Positions 50,601 to 63,719 of a DNA stretch of 64,000 nucleotides are shown here, piece after piece. The notes beneath the pieces are model-generated. The model searched no databases and had not been told where the DNA came from. It saw only the letters and a list, made by a program, of their open reading frames with translations. Every line of letters starts with the position of its first letter. Position 1 is the stretch's first letter. The position numbers were made by a program, and so were the translations under genes. This stretch comes from Sphyrna mokarran (Eukaryota): the NCBI GenBank assembly GCA_024679065.1, contig JAGIQG010000011.1, positions 4,216,001 through 4,280,000 of the forward strand, given 5' to 3'.

Positions 50601-52021
50601 TTACTAGCCTTGTGGCTAATAACCCGAATATTATGAGGTTAAATGACATAATGATAGATTGAATTTATTGGCTTGCTGGGCTAGCATCAGGAAAAAAATG
50701 ACAGTAAAGCTGTCAAGTTGTTGTAAAAGCCCAGAGGCTCACTCATGTCCTTCAGGGGTAGAGGCTTCTTACCTCTACCTGATCCATTCTGAAAATGACT
50801 CCAGTCCTGCACTGTCATTTAGAGTCATTTACAGCCCTCAAGGGGCAATAAATACTGTCGTGTTACTGTTGATTTCATTCCAATAACTAATAATAAAAAA
50901 AAATCGACATCTGATGCATGTTTTGGTTTGGGGTCGGGGAATGGTAAGGGACAGGATGGAGCAAAAGAGATGTTGTGGAAAAATTGCTTTTGAAAGCTGA
51001 TTTCCATAAGAACTGTGTTGTGAGGCTGGATGCAAGTATCTCAGACTCTTGGGTGATGGCCTACCTTGGAAATGGCATCCCTGATTGGGTGGCTGCACGT
51101 TGCCAGGTAAAATCTATAAAATATAATTTTCTCTTGAGCAGTGCATTTAAGAAGAATTGCATGAGGGAAAGGGCTGATTTTAACAACTGGGATGAGATTG
51201 AAGTTTGCCTTTCCAACTGCTACCAATATTTAGAAATCGCCTTTAATGAAGTAAAATGCTTTCTAAGAGCATTCTCAAACAAAACTTGACATTGACTCAC
51301 AGATATAAGACAGATGAGGTAGGTTAAAATAATTGTTTTGTTTTCACCCTCTGAATAAAAATGGTGGTGCAAGGAAATCAGACTAACCAAATCTAAGAAT
51401 TATCTATTTCTAACTGGTCACTTAGTGACCAAATTTTGACATCATTTTAAACATTATGAAAACTTAATTCTTTACTGTGTTTGGAAGAGTTTAGATTTAG
51501 ACAGTGTCAATCAAGGTGATACGTTTGATCTCCATTTCTTAGATTGGCTGAGTTACCAAATCCAGGAGATGAACAATTGCCATGGGAACTTCCTACAAGC
51601 ACAGTTCATTTCAGGAACAATTGCTGCATGGATGGTCTTTTGTTTGCTTGCAAACTTTATTAGTCTGTTAAGATCCTTCTTGTGGAGGATAAAACTTAGA
51701 TTGTTGATGCCAGATAATAAGAAAATCTACACAATTGACCCCCAATTTGCGATTAATGGATTAGTACTGATTGCTTATCAATTGTTTCAAACCCATATAT
51801 GAGTGTCTACTATTAAACTATTCTATCTTAATATTGTAATAAATTTGTTAAGATTGCAAAGTTTGTGAAAACTATTTGAATAATTTTCTCTGCTTCTTAC
51901 TGAACCCCAGCTAAAATAATATCTTATAAATTGCGAAGCTAGATTTAATTATGCCTCAAGTGAATTTGTGACATTACAAACCCTGTTAGTTACTTATGCT
52001 GCTGTTAACTTTTTGTTATAG

Positions 52022-52104
52022 ATTATTGAGACTGAAAATATGATGGATCGAATTGTGACTGGCTTAGCTGAGTCTAGTATCAAGGTGCGGTTAGCTGCTG
52101 TCAG
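52022..52104 (+). CDS. ARMC8: ARMC8 coding exon 13 (long/alpha isoform)
   Basis: gttatag|[27 protein letters not shown](R)|gtatgg; 83 nt. Confidence 0.96.
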
Positions 52105-53249
52105 GTATGGATGGACTCCTGAACTTTCCTGTCTGAAATACAATTTGATAGTTCTAAAGCCAATACAGTAATTAGTGTTGTGTTGACTCAGCAGACACTG
52201 AATCTTTAATCAGTTTAGCAAATACTCCTGTAACATTTGCATGGGTAATAAAATAGAGAATGAAAGAGGACCCAGATTTGCTACATAATTAGTTGGCTAT
52301 GGTATTATTAACCATTAACTTAAAGTTTAAGCACTTCCATTAAATAACTTGGAAGTATTCTTTGAGGCACTTAACCACCTGTTTGATGGTAATCTATTGC
52401 ACTCTAACATAAATACACTATCAATTTTAAATTATTAGTTGCATAGCTGATAAAAAGTAAATTCTAATTCTAAGAAAGAATGACTGAATCAAATAATTAA
52501 TTCAACTAAATGTTGGTTTGATAGTTTTGTGATTACATTTTCAAATTCTCATGTGCCTGAGGGGAAGCTTTTGGCTTTCATGACTTTTTTCTAGTGATTA
52601 AATCCAACAATCTTGTTGATCTGTGAATATATGATTTAGTAAATTATTCTAAGGTGCATTTAATGAGTGTAACTAGTTAGGCAAATTTCAGTTTAATATT
52701 GTTTTTGTGTAAGGTGCAACTACGTACATTATATAGGTGGAGTGTATCTTGGTTGTTTTGAGTTGTAGTCTTGCATTAAGTGGATGAATGTTAGCTTGAC
52801 TGGAGTAACCCTGAGTTAAGAGCCTAATCTAAGATATTGAAGGCTGATCACAGGCATAGAGGACTTGAGACAAAATAAAAATTCAGATGTTGAATCTTAA
52901 GAAACAATTTGGGGAAGATCTCATAAGGTTTATGCCAAAATTTTTAATTGTGTAGAAATAGTAATTTCTCATGTTAAATTTTCATAGAGGAACAAAGAAG
53001 AAAAGTGTCAAATTAGTCTGACAGGTTTTATACTGATGTCAGGAAGTTGTTCTTGCACAATTGATCAATTGGATCAAGTTTATTCAAGAAACTATTGGAC
53101 ACTGCAAAAGTGGTTTTTAGGTAGGATAAATGGAACAGCACCTTCATATTTCTTGTTATCTTCTGATCTGTCATTACTAATACACAATCAGACAGCTTGA
53201 ATTTTGACATAGTCATTTGGGCAGTTGAACTTTTAATGGCCAATCCTAT

Positions 53250-54770
53250 TTTTGAATGTAGGAACAAATGAGGCACACATGCAGGCAATTCAGCCTATTA
53301 TTTCTGCCATTTCTATTAGCTTTCATAACTCTCTTCAATCCCTGTCCTTCCTCCATTTCCCTTCTTGTGGACTTCTCAAGTGTTTCTTTTTTTAAGCATG
53401 TCAGTTGACTTTGTCTTTATGATTATCTGAGGAGAAGTCATTCCTGAATGATTTTCCTGAACTGGAATTCTAGGAATATATTCTCTTGTTCTAGATTCCT
53501 CCTCAATTGTCGTCATCATTTGATTTACCTTAGTGGGATTATCATTTAAACTCCTCAGCTATTCGATATATATGCAAAGGCTATATCCAAAATTTCTCAC
53601 CATAACAACCTCCTAAGTAATTTCCTAGTAAATAATTGTTAGATTTTCTTTAAGTAAACAAATCACTTCTAAGGCCAAACTGTCCGATTGATATATTATA
53701 GGCATGGTCTATAATTTAAATAATACTTTTATATTCTCTATCTCTTGTGATAAAGCCTGTGTCATATTAATCTTTTGATTGCTATTTGCACTTGCATCAT
53801 AACTTTTAGTGGTTTATATACTTGGACCCTTAAATGTTGTCTGCCCCATCCAGTATTTTCCATTTAAGCAATACTATCTGCTATTCTTCATCCAAAATGT
53901 ACCATTCAATCTTTCTTGAATTACATCTGCATATTCTCAATCCATTTATGTCTGTACATAATTTCCTACTGTCCTCTTTATTGTATTTATGATCTTAGGA
54001 TCATCTGTAACAAAGGATTTATTTCTATCAGTTCTCAAATCCAGATAATATGTAATGAAAAGCTGAGAGCCAACATAAATTCTTGGAGTGGGGTGTAATA
54101 GCAGTTATTATTGCTATCCTTTTTATCCTCATTATCTACCTTCTACTTTTCGACCTGTTTCTCATCTAATTCCATGTATCTTAATTTTGGCTCACGGTGT
54201 ATAGAATTTTAAGTCTATGAAAATACAGCCTAATCCTTTTCTCTGCATCACCTCAGTATCTGTGACAAAGGGTCTAATAGATTGATTGACGTGATCCACC
54301 TTCTGCAAAAGCATATTTTGAAGAGATCTTTTACTATTTTTCTTAGAATCTTTCTACTACAAACATGAATCTTGCTGATTGTTAGGTATTTGGTTTCTCA
54401 CATTCCTTTTGGAATAAAGACATTTCATATTTTCCAGTCCTACTGTACTTTCTATACACTACCTCTACTTTTTAAAAAAAAATCTGAGATCTATTGTCTT
54501 TTTATTGATCCTAAGTACTTTCTCTAAATTCAGTGACCTTTAATGAATGCATTTCCAGTTTATTTGACTTCCCCTTTTAATATACATACATATCAACGTC
54601 TAGCAATTTGTGATTTCATAATTTTATCCCATTATAAATTCTTCTGTTTTGAATTAATTTCTCTGTGCCAATCTTTAGTTTTCCTAAGCTCTGTTCCATT
54701 ATATCTTCCTTCTGTAATGCAAAGATTGAAAATAGCATTATGGTTCTTCTGCTAAATATTCATCTTCTGT
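53250..54770 (-). mobile_element. Highly decayed CR1 LINE
   Basis: Pyrimidine-rich antisense CR1-like blocks collinear with the copy at about 55990-56885. Confidence 0.5.
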
Positions 54771-55012
54771 TATTGTTTTGAGTATATCGTCAGGTTTATT
54801 TGATGCAGATCATAGACTAATATTACCTTGATTTGTTATTTCAGATGTTGATGGGGATTGGGTTTATTTAATCTGATCAGTCACTGGTCTTGTATGTTTG
54901 ATCATTATTTATTCTTGCATTGTTAAGGGATGATCAAGCACACCATCCATATTTGTTTAATTCTATTTTTTTTTTTGAGAGATATGTATCTTTCTCTGAT
55001 TTCCATTCATAG

Positions 55013-55094
55013 ATGTTTGCACAGTCTATCCAGATCAGTACAGCAACTCCGGACAAGTTTTCAGGATCATACTGTGTGGAAACCACTAATGAAG
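55013..55094 (+). CDS. ARMC8: ARMC8 coding exon 14
   Basis: ttcatag|[27 protein letters not shown]|gtaggt; 82 nt. Confidence 0.97.
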
Positions 55095-55989
55095 GTAGGT
55101 AGTAGCATGCATTTTAAGAAGCATTAATTATATTGAACTTTCAGAATTAACTTTAAATGTTTTGTGTCTCAGTAGAGCTCAAGCTATTAGGAAATTAATT
55201 TGTTTGTTGCCACTAACTTGAGAAATGTAATGTAGACGTGAAAATTAAATAAGTTATTTATCTGCCAATAAAGGTCACTGGTGCATTGAGGAAATCACCT
55301 GCAAAATTCAGTCAAGGATCTGTCAAGTGTACAACTGGTTTGTGCTTGAGTGAATACTGGCATATAAATGATGGGTCTGATTTTAAAAAAAAACGCTGGA
55401 ATTAACTTACAATCCAGCAGTGAATACTTATCTAAAGATATAATGATCATACTCAATCAATTGTTCTATATTAACAAGACCTGTTAAGAACAAAAAGGCA
55501 GCAAATTTGGGTGTAACAAGTTAGAACTTCTAAAATCGCATACTCAGAATGCAAAATTTGTGATCAACAAATTGTAGATAAAATGAGTATTTTACTGTCT
55601 TTTTCATGAGATGTGGGCATCATTGACAAGGCCACTATTTGTTCCCTATTCCTAATTGCCAGACTGGGAAAGGATGGCAGATTTCTTTCCATAAAGGGCA
55701 TTACTGAACCAGATTTTTGTTACAATCAATGATAGTTGTCATGTCACCATTACTGAGAAGAGTTTCATATTCCAGATTTATCAATCAAATTCAAGTTCCA
55801 CCAGCTGCCCCAGAACATTAGCCTGGACTTGTGGATTACTAACTCAGTGATGTTACCACTGTGTTACCATCTCTGACAGTACTGAGCACACTTAAGCTAT
55901 AGTCTGAATGGTGGAAAAGACTAAGGGCTGATGGCATATTCCTGTTGCTATGTAACTATCACTGAATTTCCTACTTACCACAGAAAATA

Positions 55990-56885
55990 CAGAGGTAATA
56001 TTGCATTAATGGAAGCCATTCAGCTCATCAATCCTGCATCTGCTCTCTTGAAGGGTGACCCACTTAATCTTACTTCCCTGCTCCTTCCCCCAATGATTAC
56101 AATATTTTTTGCTTCAGTATTTATCCAGTCTCTCTTGGCCAAACTGTTCATTCCAAACTCTAATATCTATTTGTGTTGAAAAAAAGTTTTTCTATATGCT
56201 ACCTCCAATTTAAAAAAAAAATTCCCTGAAGTCTGTACTGTCTTAATCGATCCTAAGCTGTTGGAAACAATTTGTCTTGATTTCAAAAATTGCAACAGAT
56301 TATCAAATCTGTCCTTAACCTTCACTGCTTTAAGGGGAACAACCCCAGCTTCTCTACTTATGTAACCGTAATGCCATAACCATAAACCTCTTCTGTACTG
56401 TCCTCATGCTCTTCCTAATGTCGGTGTCCAGAATTGGGGCCCTACTTCATCTGGCTCCAAACTAGTGTTTTATGTTTGTTTAGCATAACTTTTTGGCTTT
56501 TATAACTTACACCTCAACTGTTTTGCGAATCTGCCCTACTAGCTTCAAAGATTTGTGCACAGATATCCAAAGGGGTCTCTCCCCTTGCATCTCTTCAAAA
56601 TTGTACTATTTAGCTTATATTATCTCTTTATTTCTCCTTCAAAAATATATCACCACACACCAAACTGTGTTAAGTTTCATTTTCCGTGTGTCACCCATTC
56701 CACCAGCTAATTTGCATCCTCGTGAGATCTATTAGATACTGAATGCTCATTAACCTAATTTGGTATATTACCAATCACCTATTTAAACTTTATATTCATA
56801 ATATCAACTGCGCAGCACTTATGCACCCTTGTTTATCTCATAAAATCCTCAATCAAATTAGTCAAACTAGGTTTCCCCTTATTAA
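55990..56885 (-). mobile_element. Decayed CR1 LINE 3' region (continues at about 58590-58950)
   Basis: gccattcagctcatc tail; gtgtccagaattg...actagtgttttat (antisense of the KTLV...QFW region). Confidence 0.65.
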
Positions 56886-56889
56886 GTCG

Positions 56890-57093
56890 TATAGAATCTC
56901 TACACTGCAGAAGGAGATTATTTGGCCCATTGAACCTGCACCGCCTTTCCAACAGAGCATTTTACCCAGTACCCCTCCCCGCCCTATTCCCATAACCCCA
57001 TACATTTACCCCACTAATCCCCCTAACATATACATCTTTAGACACTTAAGGGGCAATTTAGCATGACCAGTCCACCTAACCTGCACATCTTTG
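56890..57093 (-). mobile_element. HE1-like SINE, 3' half
   Basis: tatagaatctctacactgcagaaggag...aggggcaatttagcatgaccagtccacctaacctgcacatctttg. Confidence 0.8.
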
Positions 57094-57944
57094 GGAAAAT
57101 CCATAATACTTCACCATTATTATTCATGCTTGTCCAAAGGACTATCATTTTCACCTAGATTATTGTTTCTTTTAAGAATATTTTCATTATGTGGTTGACT
57201 CCCAACCGTTGCCCAAGGGCAACTAGGGATGAGCAATAAATGCTGACTATGTCCATGTCCAATGAATAAATAAAAAAATTAGGAGTTTTCCACTTTACAT
57301 TTACCACAAAACACAACAAATCCTCAAAATCACAGTGTAGAGTAACCATTATTCCACATAAAGCTGCAAAAAGGACCAACAGAAATGATTCCAATTATCT
57401 GTCATTGTAGTCGACGTCTCCTCTCGTACAGATAAAAGGATACAAAGAAGAGTGGGGGGGTGGTTTCAGGATAACATCATATAATCATGAATACATGGTC
57501 CCAAGGCGCACAACCTCTTCCACAATATACCTAGGACCTCCAAACAATGAGAGGATAACCCAGAAAAAAGGAAACTTCAGAATGCTGCCATCAGTACGAA
57601 ATGTAGCTTGCCAACCTGTGCTCTCATGTACAGGAACAGTAAACTAAGGATTTGTACACCTCATCTAGGCTTGCAAATCCCTCTCCTCTCCAACTGTATC
57701 AGAGGCACCGATTAGGCTCCCCATCACCAGAAAACTTAAAACCATTTTCTCACTAACAAAGAGAAGGGGAATCGTTAAGACACCCATATCTCAAGAATAG
57801 ATACAACTATCCTCCCGACAAGGTTAGGGAAACTCTCCAGGATTAACTATAAAAATCAGCCTTTATCAACATCTCATCCCACCCAAATGAAGAAAGGAAA
57901 TCCCAGAAAGAGAGGAGCATCAGATATCCAATAGATGCCAGACG

Positions 57945-58148
57945 TTGTTTTTCCACATTTAAGTCACCATTGTCCCAGATGACCAGAGGCTCGTGGTGAT
58001 TTAATCTGAGGTCAGCACGTCTCGGGCAAAGGTTGAGAAGGTGGGCCTTCGTGAATAACCTTAGCCGGTGCGGGAATTGAACCCACGCTGTTACCTGTAC
58101 TTTGCATCGCAAACCAGCCAGACAGTCCACTGAGCTAAACCAATCCCC
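57945..58148 (-). mobile_element. tRNA-derived SINE (distinct family)
   Basis: Minus strand ggggattggtttagctcagtgg (A box) ... gggttcaattcccgcaccgg (B box), followed by a non-tRNA body. Confidence 0.75.
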
Positions 58149-61100
58149 AATCGATTTGTCAAAATTGAGACTTCTACACACCACATGAGTTTTGTCACAC
58201 ATACTATCACAGGAAGGACACCAGGAGCATAACAGTACAATTTTGCAAGGAACAGGGCACTGTCCTACATTCCCCTTCACCCTACAGGAGCCTAAGCCTT
58301 GAAGAAGACTGGACGCCTCCATATAAGACTTGGAGAAGGCATCTACTCTGCCAGCCAAAGAGAGACTCCATCAATGCTGAACTGAAGCACCCAGTCTCGC
58401 GCACATTGTGTAACCAGCAGGACATTGCTTTCCCTGGGGAACCAAGCCTCGGGAGAGAGAGCAGTCCAGAAGCCCCCAGAAGGGAATGCCTTAGGGAGGG
58501 CAACCTTCTCCCCTATCCAACATACTCTTCACCTGACCCGGATTAACAAAGCCACAACTGCCCTAACCTGCTGAATGACAGCCTGCCTTTTTAAAATTCT
58601 AATTTAGTTTACCATCAATGTCCTTGTTTACCAGAACTTTGGGAATCCTCTTCTCCAAATGAGCAAAATTTCATTTCGTACCTCAAGCATGCCTAATGCC
58701 TTCACCAATAGATCTCCATTTTGGTCCCAAAGCAGCTTTTCTGCTCTTCTGTCAACCCGTTTATTGTTAACATGACTATAGAAGATTTTTTAGATTTCCT
58801 TTTGATATTAGCCACCGAACTATTCTTAGACTGTTTCTTTGCTTATCTTATTTCCTTTTTCACTTTCTTGCACTTTTCACATTCTATTACATTTGTTATC
58901 TGCTTCATCCTACTCTCTCTTTAGGCTTTTGTTTGCCCTGCCTATCCTATGAGCTCATTTGTCATTTGTAAGAATAGGGGGAGATGGCGCATTGTGATAA
59001 TGCAGCAGTAATCCCAGGTTATCACTATTTTGTTCATTAGAAGACATGAAGTACGTGCATTTTCAATGGGAGTGATGGTGTAACTGCAGTAATGAAAGAC
59101 AGCAAGCTGTAATTTTGAGTGGGTGCTATCAAGATCTGGGTATATTATATTCATTGTCACTGACAATCCGTCCATTATTGCACACACCATCTCTTTGTCA
59201 GTCTTAATTATGCAGGAAGAAAAAGCTAAAACTCAAATTTTTAACGTTGACTGGGGCAGCTCTGAACAACAATCACTCCAAATTTACCTGAATGGGAAAA
59301 TGTACCTGAATTGGTTGTAATCTCAATGTTGGTCCACTTGTTCAGTGGTGCAGTTTCTCTCCCTGAAGAGCGCCTCAATTCAGTGACTTTGATATGGATT
59401 TAGTTTGGTGCCTCTGTATAGACTACTGCAAGGGAAAGATCATGTCGAAGGCTAAAGAGCACCTGTCATTTAGGTAATCGCATTGACTAGAACTGATGGC
59501 TCAGAATAAGTCACGTTGCCCAATGTTATTGTGCATGATTGTTCAAAATTATAATGCATATAGAGAGTTGTTCAGATTCAGAACTAAATAACCGCGCTGA
59601 TTTTTAAACAGATGTTTATAGCACAGAATTTCGACTGTATTTCTGAAAGATCACTGCAACAAAATACTGCAATTTAACAATAAACTGGTGACTAACAGAA
59701 TGCCTGTTCCAGAGACTGGATTCGTTTATATATGTGACTTTTCTCACACCAACAGAATACAATCAATTTTCAATTTAAGTTATAAAAAAGCAACATTAAC
59801 CAGATCTGAGCAATACTATCTGAATTGTATTGGAAAACTGGTAATATACCCCAGGATTGGCGACTTTGCCAACGGCAACGCAAACTGAAATAAGCCAATA
59901 CACGCTCTGCTCAAATGCAATTTAGATGATGAGAGTCGGGTTGAAAGTGCCATTCGCAACTTTCAAAACAATTTGGAGAATACACACAGGCACACGTGTG
60001 CACAGACACATGCACACAGACATGTGGTGCCCATGGCGCATGCACAAAAGGGTTTTTAACCATATTCCCAACAAGATAGAACCCCAAATGCCATTTAATC
60101 TCCTACATGTTGCAGTAATGTCATTGCTGCGTAACCTTACTTGTGATGTTAATAAATAAACTTCAAAAAACTTCTAAGATACGGAATGAAGTCAATGCCT
60201 CTATCCTTATTTTAAGCTCTCTAACCAACACTCCATGCTCTCTACCTTTTCCAACCCCAGTTAGCAGACTCTTTACCCACAGTACACTGAGAGCTTGCAG
60301 GGGGCCACGTGGGACATGCAGCGCTCACTCTTCCATTGCAACTTCTCTATCCTCAGACTTTAAGGGGTGGAAATTCATAATTTTCTTTTTTTTACTTAAA
60401 GCCGAGTTTAAACGATTGCTTTAGATTTCAGTATGAACAACACAACTTTTATTTAAAATAGTCATAGAAAAAGACTTGCCCGGAATAAAGTCACCTCAGC
60501 GACTTCATATCAGTGTTTTCCTGCTCTAAGGGGACTTAAAATTCAGAACCTGATGTTGCTGTGCGTTGTCGACTGATTACAGAGCTATTAGGGTCTGATT
60601 GGAGCCTCCATAGATGTAGGCAGCATAGACCGCCTGCTCCTCCCCATTGTGGGGCCCAGTCCTAGGCAGGGTGTGTTTCATTGTAAGTCTGTCTCTGTGC
60701 CTGCATGCTTGTTTGCTGCATGCTAAGACATTTATTTCACTTATTGTTGGATTGAAACTACTATGGAGAAAGGGGAGATTCTCCCACATGGGTCACTAAA
60801 TCTTTTTTGAAGTTAGTGGTGAACTTCATTACTGAATGCAAAATCTGGGTCCACAGGGACATACTGAATAACACCCACTGTCTTCCTGTCATGTAAATTT
60901 GATACTCGTGTCATTGAAATTCCTGTTCAATACATTGGATATACTGGCCATTTTAACAAATGGATATCCTGGCAGATGTATGTTTTTGCCTCTCGATTGT
61001 TGGTTAAAAAATGAAGCTATTCAGATGGATCTTTGCTGAACTTTATGAACATTGGGCTACCAAGACTTTACCGGAGCATTTGGGAGAGAGGGCCACTTGT

Positions 61101-61449
61101 TACCTAATATGGAAAGTTTTGTGCATCTTTTTGTTTCTCATACTAAGGGTTCTGCAGAGGCTTGAATAGAAAAGAATGGTTACATTTATATAATGTGGCT
61201 GTACGTTCAGTTGTTAATCTTGTGGTCCACATGGCTTGTGGTGATGTGTAACCATTATTATTGCTGTATAGTGATCATTAAACAAGTGGTCTAATCCCCA
61301 GAGGTGTTCTGTTTCAGTTCTACTATTGGATGAGCCATTCTGTGTTCTAATTCACAATTTAATACTTTATGCCTTGGTATATAAAATCTTATAATTTGTA
61401 CAATTTAAATCATTTGACCAAAAAAAAATGCCTATTAATAATAAAAACT

Positions 61450-62375
61450 TTCACAATTGCAGGCATGTAAATGACAAAAGGATAATAAGAGGAGTGTGGA
61501 GAAATTAGGGACAAAAGGGGGATCTATACAAGGTGGCAAAAGACTTGATAAGGCAACAGTCAAATATTTTATATCTTTAGTGAAAAAGGAAATGTACTCA
61601 GGTCATAGTGAAAGAGGATGTAGTTGAGATACTGGATGGGCTAGAATTTGAAAGATGGTATTAGAAAGATTGTGATTGTCCTTAAAGTTGACAATTCACC
61701 AGGACCAGATTGAATGCATCCAAGGAATTTTGAAGGAACCAGAGGTGAAATTGCTCAGGTACCACTCATAATCTTCCAGCCTTCTTTAGATACAGGGTTG
61801 GTGCCAAGAATTTGAAAAGTCACTTTAAACTTGATGGTGGGAAAGCTTTTAGAAATAGTGATTCTCAATAAAATTAACATTCACTTGGGCAGGTGAAAAT
61901 TAAATAAGGAAATTCAGAATGGATTTGTTTAAGACAAGCTGTGCTTAACTAACTTGGCTGAAAGTTTTGGTGAGGGAATGAAGAGCTTGGTAAAGGTAAT
62001 GTAACTGACGTCTACATAGTCTTCCAAGAGGCATTTGATAAATGTGGCATTCAGACCTTTCAGAAAAGCTGAATTGAGCGGGCAATGTCAACTAGATATC
62101 AAGTTGGCTGAGCAGCAGGAAACAGTAGTGGTAAGTGGATGTTTTTCAGACAAGAGGATGTTTTACATGTGGGTTCCCCAGGAGTCAGTACTAGGATTAC
62201 AGCTTTTCTTGATGTACATTAGTGACCTAGATTTGAATGTACACGCACTGCTTTAAAATTTGCAGATAACACAGAACTTGGAAATGTTATCAGTTGTGAG
62301 GAGGATAGTTATAGAATTCAGGAGGGCCAGGTTAGTGAATAAGTGACAGATGAAATTTAATGTAGGAAAGTGATT
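61450..62375 (+). mobile_element. Decayed CR1 LINE ORF2 (RT region)
   Basis: Remnants SPGPD.MHPR, DVYIVFQEAFDK, VPQESVLGLQLFLMYISDLD, KFADNT. Confidence 0.88.
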
Positions 62376-62511
62376 CACAGTTAATGAAGTGGTTTTGTAG
62401 TGTAATGTAGAAAACGTCCGCTGTCATTTTTCTCTGGAGTGTTTTGCTTGCTAAAGTATGTTGGAGAATACTAACAAACGTACCTTGTTTCTTGTTTTTT
62501 TTATTTTTCAG

Positions 62512-62598
62512 TTATTACAAAATGCTCCTGATGAGGTCCTTGTAGTGGCGTCATCAACATTATGCAATCTTCTCCTTGAATTCTCTCCAAGCAAAGAG
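62512..62598 (+). CDS. ARMC8: ARMC8 coding exon 15
   Basis: tttttcag|[29 protein letters not shown]|gttcgc; 87 nt; TACTAAC branch point at 62469-62475. Confidence 0.96.
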
Positions 62599-62978
62599 GT
62601 TCGCCTTTATCAAATGAATGGGCATATAACTGCCACTGTTGTTGATATTAAATACACCAAATATTTTCTGGTGACTGCTGAAATATGTTGTCATTAATTT
62701 GTTTGATATATTAATTAGTTGACTGTAAGACTTTAAATAATATTCTCATACTATTTATTTTTTAAAAATGCCACTAAATTGCAGCACATATTTACTTGAA
62801 AGATGATTGGGAAACCAAAGTTGGTAGTGGTGTGGCTGTTAAAATGATGTGTCAAAATGATGCATAATTTTGGTTAGCTTTTTATATCAATTATCAGATT
62901 CCAAACTTTCGGAAAAAGATGATGATCCTTTTTTTCTAATAAATCAAATTTAAAAAGTCATAATCTTGTATGTTCCAG

Positions 62979-63071
62979 CCTATCTTGGAGTCAGGAGCTG
63001 TAGAGCTATTGTGCAACTTGACTCAGAGTGAAAATCCAGCCCTCAGAGTTAATGGGATATGGGCTTTAATG
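62979..63071 (+). CDS. ARMC8: ARMC8 coding exon 16 (gene continues beyond the window)
   Basis: gttccag|[31 protein letters not shown]|gtaaga; 93 nt. Confidence 0.97.
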
Positions 63072-63719
63072 GTAAGAACTTTTCATAACAAGGCCAATCA
63101 TATTGTGTTATTTGAATTATTTATTTGCTACAAACAATCTCAGACTGTTTTAGAAAATGGTTCAAGAGATTTTTAATTGTTTTTAATTTCCACATACGTC
63201 AATTGAAGATCTATCTGGATGTACACAGGTCTTGCTTTTTCCAATTTGTTGCAAAGTTTATTTCCTGTACCAACGGATGCAGACACAGCTTCTGCATAAG
63301 TAGAATTATTTGACCATTTAAATTGCTCCTAGTAGTCAGTTCGAAGTTTTTTCTGTCTGTGATAAATTTTTGTTAGGTAATATTCAAAATTATTGAGATC
63401 TGATAGAAAACATGCTCAACATTTAAGTGTAGGAATGTTACCAAAAATAAGTTGTGATAATTAAATTAAAATGCTTAATGGACTTCTTTACCAATCAGTC
63501 CATTAAATTTATTGTTTTTTTTCTATATTCGTCCCTATTCCTTTTCTAAATATGGGAGGGGGAAACTGAATTAACAGCATATTACATTTACATAACATCT
63601 TTAATGTCGAAAAGTCTAAGGATGTTTGATGGATACATGAAATCAAGAGACCAAACGAAAGGGATTAGTCAAGGGCGAACAAACACTTGGTCAAAGATTT
63701 GTACTGAATTGTGTTTTTA

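Noticed and set aside
58075-58148. tRNA-like A/B boxes here and at about 7660-7708, 24001-24060 and 28547-28610
   Set aside because: SINE heads continuing into SINE bodies; no intact cloverleaf, so not tRNA genes.
57843-58358. 171-aa minus-strand ORF
   Set aside because: Runs across a SINE and decayed element boundary; chimeric, with no exon structure.
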